Positions 15,718 to 25,560 of a stretch of 34,086 bases of DNA are shown one piece after another (the stretch's first letter is position 1; every line of letters starts with the position of its first letter). The notes below the pieces were generated by a model. That model was given only the letters and a program-made list of their open reading frames with translations. It had not been told where the DNA came from and searched no databases. The DNA lies in NCBI GenBank assembly GCA_044338475.1, contig JBIIXH010000001.1, positions 1 through 34,086 on the forward strand. Reading direction: 5' to 3'. Source of the DNA: Rhodoluna sp. (GTDB lineage: Bacteria; Actinomycetota; Actinomycetes; Actinomycetales; Microbacteriaceae). The translations under genes were made by a program, and so were the position numbers.

Positions 15718-16827
15718 ATGACAGAGCCCAGTCAACAAGCTTCCAATTCAAATAGCTCCAACCTAAAAGTCGGGGTGGTCGGGCTTGGTTACGCGGGAAC
15801 GACCCACATGAAAGCCTTTTCGAAGCATCCTGAAACCACCCTTATGGCCATTGCAGGCAAAGAGCTTGATCGCCTTCCAGTATTAGCCGCAGAGTTCAAT
15901 GTTGAAATCACCGCTAGTGATTGGGAAGATTTGGTGCAAAACCCGGACATCGATATCATCAGCATTGCCACCCCAAATGCGCTCCATCACCCGATTGCCG
16001 TTGCAGCACTAGAGGCTGGAAAGCACGTTTTTTGTGAAAAACCACTAGCTATCACAGCCGAGCAAGCAGAACAGATGGTTGCGGCCGCAAAGGCTAATCA
16101 TCGAATTCTTGAGGTGGCATTCAATTACCGTCGGCGAGCCGACATTGGTATGGCTCGCGACCTAGTGTCGTCGGGAAAACTTGGTTGGGTGTATCACTCT
16201 CGAGTGAGCTGGAAACGAAGAGCAGGAATCCCAGGCATCAACTCGTGGTTCACCTCTGCACAGCTAGCAGGAGGCGGAGCGGCAATTGATCTCGGACCTC
16301 ACCTGATTGATTCCCTGCTTTACATGCTGGGTGAACCCAAGGTGGTAGCAGTTAGCGCTGTGACGCACGGTGATCTGGGAAGAGCCGGCTACGGTGCAAT
16401 GGACAGTGCCATGCAGATGAAAAGCGCCACCGGAAAATTTGAGGTGGAGGATTTGTGTAGCGCCCTGCTGCGGCTTGACGACGGGTCGTCTGTGGCGCTT
16501 GAAATTACCTGGGCCTCTCACGCCGTGGATGATGAAGACATCTCATTTGAATTACTTGGAGTCGATTCAGGAATCAGAATCTACATTCCAAGGTACGAGA
16601 CTGAAGACACCATTTCAATCTTCAGTGACGTTGATGGTGAGCACACCGTTAGTCAGCCAAAAATCTCTTCTACTGGAGAAGGCCACCTAGCTGTGCTCAA
16701 TGAGTTCATCGAGCACGTAGCCTCCGGAGATTTCTCAAAGTACTCAGGTGATTATGCTCTCCACAGAACAAAGATCATTGACGGTCTATACCGTTCAGCC
16801 AAGGCTGGCAAAGAGGTCACAATCTAA
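15718..16827 (+). CDS. Gfo/Idh/MocA oxidoreductase paired with thuA (ThuB-like position)
   Basis: [41 protein letters not shown]. Start placed at ATG 15718, 8 nt after GAGG (15706-15709). Confidence 0.9.
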   Translation: MTEPSQQASNSNSSNLKVGVVGLGYAGTTHMKAFSKHPETTLMAIAGKELDRLPVLAAEFNVEITASDWEDLVQNPDIDIISIATPNALHHPIAVAALEAGKHVFCEKPLAITAEQAEQMVAAAKANHRILEVAFNYRRRADIGMARDLVSSGKLGWVYHSRVSWKRRAGIPGINSWFTSAQLAGGGAAIDLGPHLIDSLLYMLGEPKVVAVSAVTHGDLGRAGYGAMDSAMQMKSATGKFEVEDLCSALLRLDDGSSVALEITWASHAVDDEDISFELLGVDSGIRIYIPRYETEDTISIFSDVDGEHTVSQPKISSTGEGHLAVLNEFIEHVASGDFSKYSGDYALHRTKIIDGLYRSAKAGKEVTI

Positions 16828-17564
16828 TGAGCTTACGAGTGACAATCTGGAACGAGAACATACACGAGCAGCAAGTAGGCTCTGTTCCTGCAGGGATTTA
16901 TCCCTCTGGCATGCACGGAGCAATCAAGGATCTATTAGTTTCCGAGTTATCGGGTGAAGTAGAAGTTGGAACCGCAACTCTCGATCAAAAAGAACACGGC
17001 CTAACTCAAGAAGTTATTGATCAAACTGATGTATTGATGTGGTGGGGTCATGAAGCTCACCCGGCTGTTAGCGATGAAGTTGTTCAGCGCGTATACGATG
17101 CCGTGCTTGGAGGTATGGGACTTATCGTTCTTCATTCCGCTCACTACTCAAAAATCTTCAAGAAACTGATGGGAACGACCTGCTCTCTTCGCTGGCGAAG
17201 TTCAAACGACAGAGAGCTTGTCTGGAACGTAAACCCAACCCATCCAATAGCTCAAGGGGTGCCTGACCCAATCGTGATACCTCTTCAGGAAATGTATGGC
17301 GAGTACTTTGATATTCCAACTCCGGATGAACTGATCTTTATCTCCAGCTTTTCCGGTGGCGAAGTCTTTAGGTCCGGTGCAACTTGGCGAAGAGGGCTCG
17401 GTAAGGTTTTCTATTTCTCTCCAGGTGACCAGGACTACCCGGTTTATCACCAAAAGGAAATTGGAAAAGTTCTAGCCAACGCAGTTGTTTGGGCAAAGCC
17501 AGTTGTCAGGTCTGAACCGATTGATGCAACTTTCCACCCTGATGGATGGATTGATTCAAACTAG
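16827..17564 (+). CDS. thuA: ThuA trehalose-utilisation family protein
   Basis: [90 protein letters not shown] coupling to the upstream Gfo gene. Confidence 0.9.
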   Translation: MSLRVTIWNENIHEQQVGSVPAGIYPSGMHGAIKDLLVSELSGEVEVGTATLDQKEHGLTQEVIDQTDVLMWWGHEAHPAVSDEVVQRVYDAVLGGMGLIVLHSAHYSKIFKKLMGTTCSLRWRSSNDRELVWNVNPTHPIAQGVPDPIVIPLQEMYGEYFDIPTPDELIFISSFSGGEVFRSGATWRRGLGKVFYFSPGDQDYPVYHQKEIGKVLANAVVWAKPVVRSEPIDATFHPDGWIDSN

Positions 17565-18403
17565 CGACTCAATCCAACTTGCAAGCCACGCATAATGTAT
17601 TTGGATGCAAAAGCAAGAAGCAGTAGTGGAACCAAAGCGGTAATGAAAAGTCCCGCTGAGGTAAGTGGTTGATCTGTAACAAAACGTCGGCCTATCGAAG
17701 CCAAAGTAGGAGTCAGTAATCTAAGCTGCTCATTTGGAAGAATGATCAGAGCAAATATCAATTCGTTCCAAGCACCAAGAAATTGAAGAACCGCTAAGGT
17801 CGCAAGCCCTGAGGCTCCCATTGGCCCAACAATGGACCAAAGTGTCCGGAAGAATCCGGCCCCGTCTACCCTGGCCGCCTCGAGTATTTCATCTGGGATA
17901 GCTCTAAAGGTAAGGGTGAGAAAAAAGATGGCAAAGGGAAGTCCCGTTGCCACATAGACCAGAATCAATCCCGAAAAGTCACCAACAATTCCAAGCCTTG
18001 CCAGAACTAGATAAATGGGAATGATCAAAACCGGTCCAGGAATCAACATCACCGAAACGAATGAAGCGGTGAAATACTTGCTTCCAAAAACTGGCAATTT
18101 GGCAAGTGAATATCCAGCCAAAGAAGCAACGACCAGAATTATTACTACGGAAGTAACCGCCACGAAGAGGCTGTTCATGAACGCCCTACCCACCCCGTAC
18201 TGCTCCCACAGGTTTATGTAGTTATCAAATGTCCAGACCTCAGGAAGGCCAAACGGGTCCCCTTTATATTCGGCGTTTGTTCGAAGCGAAGTCACCAAGA
18301 TGAAAAACAACGGGTAGATGATTGTTGCGGCGACTAAGCACATACCAATGAAAATCGGCCAGCGACCTTTAGTATTCAGTCGCGTACTAACTGAATCCGA
18401 CAT
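17561..18403 (-). CDS. Carbohydrate ABC transporter permease (MalG-like, CUT1)
   Basis: Multiple TM segments, NSLFVA, EAA loop [22 protein letters not shown]. Confidence 0.93.
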   Translation of the reverse strand: MSDSVSTRLNTKGRWPIFIGMCLVAATIIYPLFFILVTSLRTNAEYKGDPFGLPEVWTFDNYINLWEQYGVGRAFMNSLFVAVTSVVIILVVASLAGYSLAKLPVFGSKYFTASFVSVMLIPGPVLIIPIYLVLARLGIVGDFSGLILVYVATGLPFAIFFLTLTFRAIPDEILEAARVDGAGFFRTLWSIVGPMGASGLATLAVLQFLGAWNELIFALIILPNEQLRLLTPTLASIGRRFVTDQPLTSAGLFITALVPLLLLAFASKYIMRGLQVGLSR

Positions 18404-19261
18404 CTAGTCCTCCTTATTGAGCTTGAAGACCTTGTTTTGCAACAAGGTCAAGACACCGATGAACAAGAACAGCACCACAGCCAGAGCTGATCCCGAGCCA
18501 AGGTTGTTGCTCGAGAAGGCCCTTAGGTAAACCAGGTAGTCAATGGTTGTTGTTTCATAGCCTGGCCCACCTGCTGTGATAACGAAGACGAACCCAAACA
18601 ATCCCGTGAAGGTATACAAAATGTTGATAATGAAAACGAAGCCCAGAACCTTCCTGATGTTTGGAAGGGTTATAGACCAAAGTCTGCGCCACCACCCGGC
18701 ACCGTCAATTGCCGCAGCCTCGAACACGGCCGGATTGATCGAAGTTAGACCGGCAAGAAGTAAGAGGGATTGAAACCCAAAGCCCGCCCAGACCAGTGCC
18801 AAAACAATGATGGCGATGCTGTAGTCAGCGTCAATGAAAAACTGAATCGGTTCCTCACCAAATACGCCACGAAACTGGTTTACTGCACCGTCGTAGCCGA
18901 AGAAATTCTTGAACATTAAACCAATAACTGCCACCGAAAGCACGTTGGGTAAGAAGAAGATCAGCCGAAAGAATTTCCAGCCGCGGGTCCTCTCAAACAA
19001 CAAAATTGCAGAGAGCAAACCAGCTGTGATAACGAGTGGGACCGAGATCAAGAACTTGAAGTTATTGAGAAAGACCTGATGAACAATGGGATCGGAAAAA
19101 ATTGCGATGTAGTTGTCTAGACCACGCCAGTCAAATTTGAGCCCGTTAGTTTTTGTGAAAGAGATAAAAAAGGCGAAGGCTATTGGAAATGCCATGAAGC
19201 CAATGACAATAAAGAAACCAGGCAGCACAGCCAGTGTTCCGATAAGTCTAGATTGACGCAT
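18404..19261 (-). CDS. Carbohydrate ABC transporter permease (MalF-like, CUT1)
   Basis: GLDNY, FFLPNVLS, EAA loop FEAAAIDGAG..R...ITLP, TAGGPG. Confidence 0.93.
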   Translation of the reverse strand: MRQSRLIGTLAVLPGFFIVIGFMAFPIAFAFFISFTKTNGLKFDWRGLDNYIAIFSDPIVHQVFLNNFKFLISVPLVITAGLLSAILLFERTRGWKFFRLIFFLPNVLSVAVIGLMFKNFFGYDGAVNQFRGVFGEEPIQFFIDADYSIAIIVLALVWAGFGFQSLLLLAGLTSINPAVFEAAAIDGAGWWRRLWSITLPNIRKVLGFVFIINILYTFTGLFGFVFVITAGGPGYETTTIDYLVYLRAFSSNNLGSGSALAVVLFLFIGVLTLLQNKVFKLNKED

Positions 19262-19262
19262 G

Positions 19263-19280
19263 ACTCACCCCTTCGTGAGT
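19263..19280 (-). promoter_or_regulatory. Short hairpin enclosing the permease ribosome-binding site
   Basis: The mRNA reads ACTCAC-GAAGGG-GTGAGT-C-ATG: a 6-bp perfect stem ending 1 nt before the start codon. Confidence 0.45.
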
Positions 19281-19284
19281 GGGA

Positions 19285-19324
19285 AACCAGAGAGACTGGG
19301 GCCTAAACCCCAGTCTCTCTGGTT
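19285..19324 (-). terminator. Strong intercistronic stem-loop after the solute-binding protein gene (partial terminator or mRNA stabiliser)
   Basis: Perfect 17-bp inverted repeat AACCAGAGAGACTGGGG (19285-19301) / CCCCAGTCTCTCTGGTT (19308-19324) with a 6-nt loop and only a minimal U-tract. Confidence 0.75.
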
Positions 19325-19339
19325 ACTACATTAGTTACC

Positions 19340-20662
19340 TTACTTACTGATTTCCTCTTCGTATGATGCTTTTAGCTGTGCTACAGCATCAGCAGGAGTT
19401 ATTGCTCCGCTGAAGACACCAGCATTGACGCGATAGAACAGGTCAATTGTGGCCTGCGGCATAACGCTGTCGAACGCGAAGGTGATTCCATCAGTTGAAG
19501 CCGCTAGCTGCTCGTACTGCTCTTTCAGCCTTGGGTTCAGGATCTTTGATGAATCTCCGTCTACGTGGTTAGATCCCTGAGTCTGGTAGATCTCCACGAA
19601 ACGGTCCTGTCGCTCAGGTGTTGCGATGAACTGTAGGAACTTGGCAGCAAGTTCCTTGTTCTCGCTTGCCTCAGTGATTGAAAGAGCGATTTCTGGACCG
19701 CCAGCTCCAATCTTTGAGAACGGTGCACCTTCAAGTGTTGGGATGAAGAACGAAGTAACAGGACCATCTTCACCGAAGGCCTCTACCATTCCGTTGTTTT
19801 CCCAGCTACCAACCAAGTAGTAAGCAGCTTCGCCGGCGACAAATCCTTGTCCACCAGCGGATGCCTGAGCGGCATCAGGGTTGTTTACGGAACTTGCTCC
19901 CCATGCCGCGAAAGCTTCGTAAGCCTTAAGCATTGCTGGGTCGTCCACCGCTACCTTACCGCTGTACATATCGGTAAATGCAGTCTCACCAAGTTCTCCA
20001 CCGACCATGGCAGTAATGAACCATGCTCCTGGGTAGCCCTCGAGGTTTCCAGTGTAGAAACCGTTCTTGTCGGTGTTGTCCGCTACAGCCTGAGCGTTTT
20101 CAATCAACTCTTCCCAAGTTGCTGGAACTTTGGTTGGGTCAACGCCAGCTTCAGTCAAGACATCTGCGTTCTGGAACACTACGAAGAGGTTTCCCGCACC
20201 GTAGGTCATTCCAAGAAGTCTTCCATCAGAGCTGAAGCCCTCACGGTTAACATACTGTCCTGCCATTTGATCCAAGATTTCTGCAGGAATCAGTGGCTCA
20301 AGGTCAACAAAGAAGTCAGCGAACGAGGTAGTTGGACCACCAGCGTACTGAACTCGGATGTCAGGACCAGTTCCAGCAATAGACGCGGCTTGGAATGCTG
20401 CGGCGTTAGCGGTGATGTCTCCACCCTGCTGCTCGATGGTTACCGTCACACCTGGGTTTTCTGCTTCAAATTCAACAGCCATCTGGTGAAGGAAAGAGCC
20501 GTCTTCATAAGGGTCACCGGTCACAAGGTCTCTTGCGATGATTCCGGTGTCCCAAATAAGCAACTCTTGTGGCCCGGCATCTTCTGCTGCCGGAGCACAT
20601 GCGGCCAAGCTAGCGGTCAGCACCAATGCTGACGCTGCTGCAGCCAGTTTGCGTATCTTCAT
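19340..20662 (-). CDS. Carbohydrate ABC transporter substrate-binding lipoprotein (SBP family 1)
   Basis: Signal peptide MKIRKLAAAASALVLTASLAAC with lipobox LAA-C; PATWEEL; very acidic mature protein. SD GAAAGGA supports ATG 20662 over 20695. Confidence 0.92.
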   Translation of the reverse strand: MKIRKLAAAASALVLTASLAACAPAAEDAGPQELLIWDTGIIARDLVTGDPYEDGSFLHQMAVEFEAENPGVTVTIEQQGGDITANAAAFQAASIAGTGPDIRVQYAGGPTTSFADFFVDLEPLIPAEILDQMAGQYVNREGFSSDGRLLGMTYGAGNLFVVFQNADVLTEAGVDPTKVPATWEELIENAQAVADNTDKNGFYTGNLEGYPGAWFITAMVGGELGETAFTDMYSGKVAVDDPAMLKAYEAFAAWGASSVNNPDAAQASAGGQGFVAGEAAYYLVGSWENNGMVEAFGEDGPVTSFFIPTLEGAPFSKIGAGGPEIALSITEASENKELAAKFLQFIATPERQDRFVEIYQTQGSNHVDGDSSKILNPRLKEQYEQLAASTDGITFAFDSVMPQATIDLFYRVNAGVFSGAITPADAVAQLKASYEEEISK

Positions 20663-20691
20663 TAATTTTCCTTTCATAGGGGTTTTGAGAT

Positions 20692-20784
20692 TCATTTAAT
20701 TGAGCTCTCAGATTCACACGTTAAGAATTCAGGGCGAAGATTTCCGCATGGCCCAAGGTGGAAATTCTTATCTTTGGCTAGCAT
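20692..20784 (-). CDS. Putative upstream small ORF (30 aa; extendable in frame to 44 or 54 aa)
   Basis: GAAGGAG-6 nt-ATG, translating MLAKDKNFHLGPCGNLRPEFLTCESESSIK*. Its TGA overlaps (ATGA) the ATG at 20695, which is in frame with the SBP gene. Confidence 0.3.
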   Translation of the reverse strand: MLAKDKNFHLGPCGNLRPEFLTCESESSIK

Positions 20785-20882
20785 CTCTTGCTCCTTCCAA
20801 CCCTCGTGATTCCGTGAGGCAAACATTTGATCCCTAGTTACTCGTCTGCCGCACACTTGGTTCCTTAACTACTCTGTCATTA

Positions 20883-20894
20883 CATCATATGATG
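20883..20894. promoter_or_regulatory. Perfect palindrome CATCATATGATG, best candidate operator for the FadR/DgoR-like regulator
   Basis: 12-bp perfect palindrome between the divergent SBP operon and the dehydratase-regulator operon; contains TATGAT on both strands. Confidence 0.6.
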
Positions 20895-21036
20895 GACTCT
20901 GAAATCAGTCCAAAATCACGAAAAAAATCAAGAAACTATAACAATTTGTCTTAAACATAATACGAATTGGTGTATTCTCGACAAATAGTCTTTATCGCTG
21001 AAGCTACGCCAAACCTAGATAGAAGGGGCCCAGAAG

Positions 21037-22239
21037 GTGAGAATCGACTCTGTCGAGTTTTTCTACGCGTCTATGCCTGAAGTGACCCTTGAGGCTGACG
21101 GCAGTCAAGACGCCCTTCTTGTCAGGGTGGTAGGTGACGATGGAAGCGTTGGCTGGGGAGAGTGTGAGGCGTCCCCATTAACTTCAATTGCTGCATTCGT
21201 GACCCCCAGATCTCATGGAGTTTGTCAGCCCGTCTCCGCGAGCATTCTTGGGGAGCAAGTAAATACCCCAGCAGATATCTTGAGAATCAGTCAGCTGGTG
21301 GCCCGAAACAGCATGGATTTGCTTCAAGCGGCCCACACCTGGTCCGGAGTAGAAATAGCCCTTTGGGATTTATTGGGACGGAAACTTGAGCAACCAATTT
21401 GGAAACTTCTTGGCTACACCACTAACTTCGCCAAAGTGCCTTACGCATCCATGCTCATGGGTGACACTCCCCAGTCCACACTAGAAAGAGCTAAAGAAGC
21501 GAGAGCTAAGGGTTTTAGGGCAGTGAAGTTTGGTTGGGGAAACTACGGAACAGCTGATGTAAAAGACGACGCCGATCACGTAGCTGCCGCCCGAGAGGGT
21601 CTTGGGAAAGATGCTGAACTTCTTATTGACGCGGGTCAAATATGGGGAGACGATGTTGAACTTGCGATGAAGAGAATTCCAGCGTTACAGAAAGCAGGTG
21701 CCACTTGGCTAGAAGAGCCATTCTTCGCTCATGCCTTCAAGGCTTACTCTGATCTTTCCAAAGTTTCTGGAGATGTTGGATTAGCAGGCGGTGAAGGGGC
21801 ACACACCGAACACATGGCAATGAACCTCATTGACTTTGGAGGAGTGAAGTTCATTCAAGTTGACTCTGCGCGAATTGGTGGAATAGGTCCATCCAAGGTT
21901 GTCGCTGATCACGCCCTAAGAAACGGCGTTACATTCGTCAACCACACCTTCACGTCTCACCTTGCCCTGTCTGCATCTATGCAGGCATTTGTTGGTTTGG
22001 AAAGTCACAGAATTTGCGAGTATCCAGTAGAACCAAAGTCAGTGGCTTGGGACTTGTCGGTAGAGCACATTTCACTCAACTCGGACGGTGAAATAATGGC
22101 TCCAGACTCTCCTGGGCTGGGAATCCGAGTCGATGAGAGTGCATTGCGACCATACCTCAGGCAAGTAGAGATCAGAATCGACGGTCAATTGACCTACGAA
22201 AGCGGGCCTCTCGGAGTAACGACTAGTGTGGTAATTTAG
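21037..22239 (+). CDS. Enolase superfamily, mandelate racemase subgroup; probable sugar-acid dehydratase
   Basis: GWGE, SGVEIALWDLLGR, metal ligands IDAG / WLEEP / GGEG, Asp-His dyad (QVD, NHTF), CEYP, PGLG. The KxK motif reads AVKFGWG. Confidence 0.88.
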   Translation: MRIDSVEFFYASMPEVTLEADGSQDALLVRVVGDDGSVGWGECEASPLTSIAAFVTPRSHGVCQPVSASILGEQVNTPADILRISQLVARNSMDLLQAAHTWSGVEIALWDLLGRKLEQPIWKLLGYTTNFAKVPYASMLMGDTPQSTLERAKEARAKGFRAVKFGWGNYGTADVKDDADHVAAAREGLGKDAELLIDAGQIWGDDVELAMKRIPALQKAGATWLEEPFFAHAFKAYSDLSKVSGDVGLAGGEGAHTEHMAMNLIDFGGVKFIQVDSARIGGIGPSKVVADHALRNGVTFVNHTFTSHLALSASMQAFVGLESHRICEYPVEPKSVAWDLSVEHISLNSDGEIMAPDSPGLGIRVDESALRPYLRQVEIRIDGQLTYESGPLGVTTSVVI

Positions 22240-22261
22240 CGTTCGATAAGCCGAGGTGAAG

Positions 22262-23038
22262 ATGGAACAATCTTTTGAATCCCTTGCCTCCCCAAGGTCT
22301 TCCATACGTGGCCTTCAAAAAACTGTCATTGATGGAATTGGCAGAACGATTATTGGCGGAAGAATTCGACCTGGGGAGTTTTTACCAACCGAACCAGAAC
22401 TTGGTGCAAAGTACAACGTGAGCCGAACTTCCGTAAGGGAAGCAATGCGAGTGCTCTCGGCCAAAGGGCTCGTTGAAATTCGGCAGAAAATTGGAACCCG
22501 AGTTCAAGAGTCAGATCGTTGGAATATTTTTGATTCGGATATTTTGCGGTGGCACCACGAAGAAGGTCAGGGCGATGCAGTGATGCTCGATCTCATCGAA
22601 CTTCGTCAGATTCTTGAGCCGGCCGCTGCAAAACTTGCCGCTAGCCGAGCCAACATGGATCACCATAGCCGCATGAAGAGTGCGATAGAAACAATGCGGT
22701 TGGAACTTGACAATCCAGAAGGGTTTGCAAAGGCTGATCTTGATTTCCACTTAGCGGTCTACGCCGCTAGTCACAACACATTGATGTTGCAATTTGGAAC
22801 TGTAGTTGGTGATTTCCTCCGCCGGGTTTTTATGATTCAACAGCAAGCTGTCCGAGGTAGAAAAGCGTTGGAAACAGACATTCAATTGCACAATGAAGTT
22901 TATGAAGCGATCAATCGAGGCGATGGCGAATTAGCGTCAGAGAAAATGCTCTCAGTAGTTCTCGATGGAAAGAACTCTCTAATTCGAGCTCTAAAATCTA
23001 ACGTTGACCCAAAAGACACTAGCCGCAAAGCCGAATAA
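22262..23038 (+). CDS. GntR/FadR-family transcriptional regulator (wHTH + FCD), DgoR-like
   Basis: LPTEPEL...VSRTSVREAMRVL..KGLV, linker RWNIFDSDILRW, ELRQILEP, ADLDFH...SHN. ATG 22262 follows GAGGTG. Confidence 0.92.
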   Translation: MEQSFESLASPRSSIRGLQKTVIDGIGRTIIGGRIRPGEFLPTEPELGAKYNVSRTSVREAMRVLSAKGLVEIRQKIGTRVQESDRWNIFDSDILRWHHEEGQGDAVMLDLIELRQILEPAAAKLAASRANMDHHSRMKSAIETMRLELDNPEGFAKADLDFHLAVYAASHNTLMLQFGTVVGDFLRRVFMIQQQAVRGRKALETDIQLHNEVYEAINRGDGELASEKMLSVVLDGKNSLIRALKSNVDPKDTSRKAE

Positions 23039-23946
23039 TGAATCCCTCAGTAATTCTGGTTGCAGGGAATTTGCAAGCGGAAATTATTCCTGAGGAGGGC
23101 GGGGTTCTTTCAAGACTGACTTTTCAAGGTGAAAATTTTCTCACCCAGACTCCCTGGTCAAGCAATGTGAAACCGTCTGTATTCCCGGCACCGGACGAAG
23201 CCTCCTGGGTGAACAACTGGCGTGGCGGCTGGCAACTTTGCGCTCCCAATACTGGCTTGCCTGAAATCAATTCAGCATCCCCCGCTTTTCACGGCGTCGC
23301 GTCTCAAGCAAGTTGGGAGGTAATTGAAGCAACACAATCCAGCATAGGTATGCGTTGGGTTGACGCTAGAGGTGAAATGGAGATTCATCGAAGCTGGGCT
23401 CTTTTTGACTCCGCAAAGGTTGTGGTTTCGAGCGTTGTCATCAACCATTCAGATGCGACTCAAACCATCGGTGTTGCAGAACACCTCATTCTGGGTTCCG
23501 ACTTCTTGACACCCATCAAACGCGGAGCAACCGCCAACTTGGCATTTCCCCCAGAGGCAGAAATCATCGAATTGGATTACTCGGGAGCGCCAACCGGAAA
23601 GCAGCTAAGTGGTTCCGAGAGCAATTCTGACTGGACCAACCTCACTAGCGACCAGCCAGCAAGAGTATTTGCCCTAGCTAAGCCAAAAAGCAGAAGAATA
23701 TCAGTTGAGTTAGAAAACTGGACAGCAGAGATTACTTGGGAAGGTTTAGATCATGCTTTGGTGTGGCAAGAGTTTGGAACTTCAAAAGAGTCTCCATGGA
23801 ATGGTGAGGTTTTTGCCTTGGGCATAGAACCAACAAACATCGCTCACGGTCTTGGCACCAATGCTGACTCAGGACCATTTATTCAACCTGGGGCACAGCT
23901 CCGCTGGAGCACCTCGCTGCAATTGACTAGAAAGGCAGTTTCGTAG
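23038..23946 (+). CDS. Aldose 1-epimerase (galactose mutarotase-like) protein
   Basis: AEIIPEEGG, GGWQLCAPN, FHG, EHLILG and LGIEP match the His/His/Glu layout of the mutarotase fold. TAATG coupling to the regulator. Confidence 0.7.
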   Translation: MNPSVILVAGNLQAEIIPEEGGVLSRLTFQGENFLTQTPWSSNVKPSVFPAPDEASWVNNWRGGWQLCAPNTGLPEINSASPAFHGVASQASWEVIEATQSSIGMRWVDARGEMEIHRSWALFDSAKVVVSSVVINHSDATQTIGVAEHLILGSDFLTPIKRGATANLAFPPEAEIIELDYSGAPTGKQLSGSESNSDWTNLTSDQPARVFALAKPKSRRISVELENWTAEITWEGLDHALVWQEFGTSKESPWNGEVFALGIEPTNIAHGLGTNADSGPFIQPGAQLRWSTSLQLTRKAVS

Positions 23947-23947
23947 C

Positions 23948-24673
23948 ATGACTGAAAAACTTAGAACCTTAGTCACCGGAGTAGCTAGCGGCATCGGTCA
24001 AAGTGTTGCAAACACTCTCCGAGAGCGTGGGGACAAGGTCTTTGGCGTCGACCATCAAGCCGGAACCGAATGGATGCAGGCTGATTTAGGCATCGCCTCC
24101 GACCGAAAAAGAGTAATCGACGTGGCCCTCAAAGAGTTGGGAGGTATCGACGTTCTAGTTAATGTGGCCGGGATATTCAGAACCACTCCCTTCGGGGGTT
24201 CAACACTCGACGATTGGCGCAGTCTTTGGTCTGTAAATTTGGACGCACCGCTTGAACTCATGTCACTAGTTTTTGATTCCATGAAAACGCAAGGCTTTGG
24301 AAGAGTAGTGAACATAACAAGTATTCACGCCAAGTATTCTCGACAGGATTGCTTGGCCTATGACGTTGGAAAAGCTGGACTAGAAGCGGCCACAAGATCA
24401 TTTGCTCTAGCCGGTGCTGAATTTGGAATTTTGGCTAACTCGGTAGCACCAGGTTTTGTAAGAACAAAAATGAGTTTGAACGAGCAAGGAATCGATGAGG
24501 CAGACACGCAAGAATTCCGAGTGCAGTATGTAGAGTCTGGAAGATTACCTCTTGGAAGAGCATCCCAACCTAGTGAAGTTGCTGAAGCAGTGTTATGGCT
24601 TACCGGCAGATCCAACAGTTACGTAACAGGGCAATCTCTCACCGTTGACGGTGGCTTGACGGCAACTTTCTAG
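23948..24673 (+). CDS. NAD-dependent SDR; candidate aldose 1-dehydrogenase
   Basis: TGVASGIG, VFGVD, NVAG, NITS, catalytic YDVGK, NSVAPGFVRT, VTGQSLTVDGG. Lies between the mutarotase and the lactonase. Confidence 0.85.
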   Translation: MTEKLRTLVTGVASGIGQSVANTLRERGDKVFGVDHQAGTEWMQADLGIASDRKRVIDVALKELGGIDVLVNVAGIFRTTPFGGSTLDDWRSLWSVNLDAPLELMSLVFDSMKTQGFGRVVNITSIHAKYSRQDCLAYDVGKAGLEAATRSFALAGAEFGILANSVAPGFVRTKMSLNEQGIDEADTQEFRVQYVESGRLPLGRASQPSEVAEAVLWLTGRSNSYVTGQSLTVDGGLTATF

Positions 24674-24681
24674 AAATAAAA

Positions 24682-25521
24682 ATGAATAACACTGCAACGA
24701 TTGCGTCTTTAGATGGCTTAGGTTTTCCCGAAGCACTTAGATGGCGAAACGGTGAACTGTGGTTTAGTGATATGTTCCGTGGAGCTGTTATCTCTTGGAA
24801 CCCAAAAGCCTCTTCAGTTATCCGACTGTCTCAAGCTCAAGGCGGGCCGGCAATGCCTGGAGGCTTGGGCTGGACAAAAGAAGGCCACTTGCTGGTAGTT
24901 GATTGTCTAGAAAAAAAGATTTTGAGGCTTGATAATCACGGCGAGTTATCAACCCACGCTGATTTATCTGATTTAACTGACCATCCGCTAAATGATATGC
25001 ACGTTGACCAGGATGGAACCGCTTGGGTTGGTGGATATGGATTTGACCCAGACAATCAAGAACCAGTTAGCTCCCCGCTTTTCAAAATCTCTCCCAGCGG
25101 TGAAATCAAAACTTCAGAAAGTAGTTTTGTATTCCCAAATGGCTGTGAGCGCCTAGGTTCAATAATTGCCGTCGCTGAGACTTTTGCAGATCGAGTTAGC
25201 TTCATTGATGACGAGACGCGAATCACTAAATCCTACAAATGCCCTGAGGGTTCCGGACCAGACGGATTGTCATTTGGTCCAGACGGGTTATTGTTTGTTG
25301 CCTCGGCATTCACGGGGGAGATCAACTGCTTTGGCGAAGACGGCAGCAGAAAACTTTTTTACAAGCTCGAGACATCGGAGGGCGACGAAGGGGGAGCAAA
25401 GGGAGTCTTTGACTGCGCGGTGCATCCCACGGAGTCACAAATTGCATTCAGCAGTGCCTGCCTCGATGAAGGATACTCACAAGACAACAACACTGGGCGC
25501 ATCACTTTAGTGAGCTTGTGA
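24682..25521 (+). CDS. SMP-30/gluconolactonase/LRE family sugar lactonase
   Basis: Metal-ligand motifs FPEALRW, LNDMHVD, FPNG, GPDGL. Confidence 0.88.
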   Translation: MNNTATIASLDGLGFPEALRWRNGELWFSDMFRGAVISWNPKASSVIRLSQAQGGPAMPGGLGWTKEGHLLVVDCLEKKILRLDNHGELSTHADLSDLTDHPLNDMHVDQDGTAWVGGYGFDPDNQEPVSSPLFKISPSGEIKTSESSFVFPNGCERLGSIIAVAETFADRVSFIDDETRITKSYKCPEGSGPDGLSFGPDGLLFVASAFTGEINCFGEDGSRKLFYKLETSEGDEGGAKGVFDCAVHPTESQIAFSSACLDEGYSQDNNTGRITLVSL

Positions 25522-25560
25522 CGAATTTCTGTAGCGAATAACTAACCCAGCAAAAACTCT

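Noticed and set aside
19847-20632. 261-aa antisense ORF over the SBP gene
   Set aside because: Lies entirely opposite a well-supported lipoprotein gene, has no recognisable motifs, and is best explained as a shadow of the SBP's codon bias.
17561-20662. ABC importer lacking an ATPase gene
   Set aside because: Normal for actinobacterial CUT1 systems, which share an MsiK-type ATPase encoded elsewhere; not a defect or a novelty.
21037-23038. Interpretation as the classical dgo (De Ley-Doudoroff) galactonate operon
   Set aside because: The regulator is DgoR-like, but no DgoK kinase or DgoA aldolase is present and the MR enzyme does not show the motifs I associate with DgoD.
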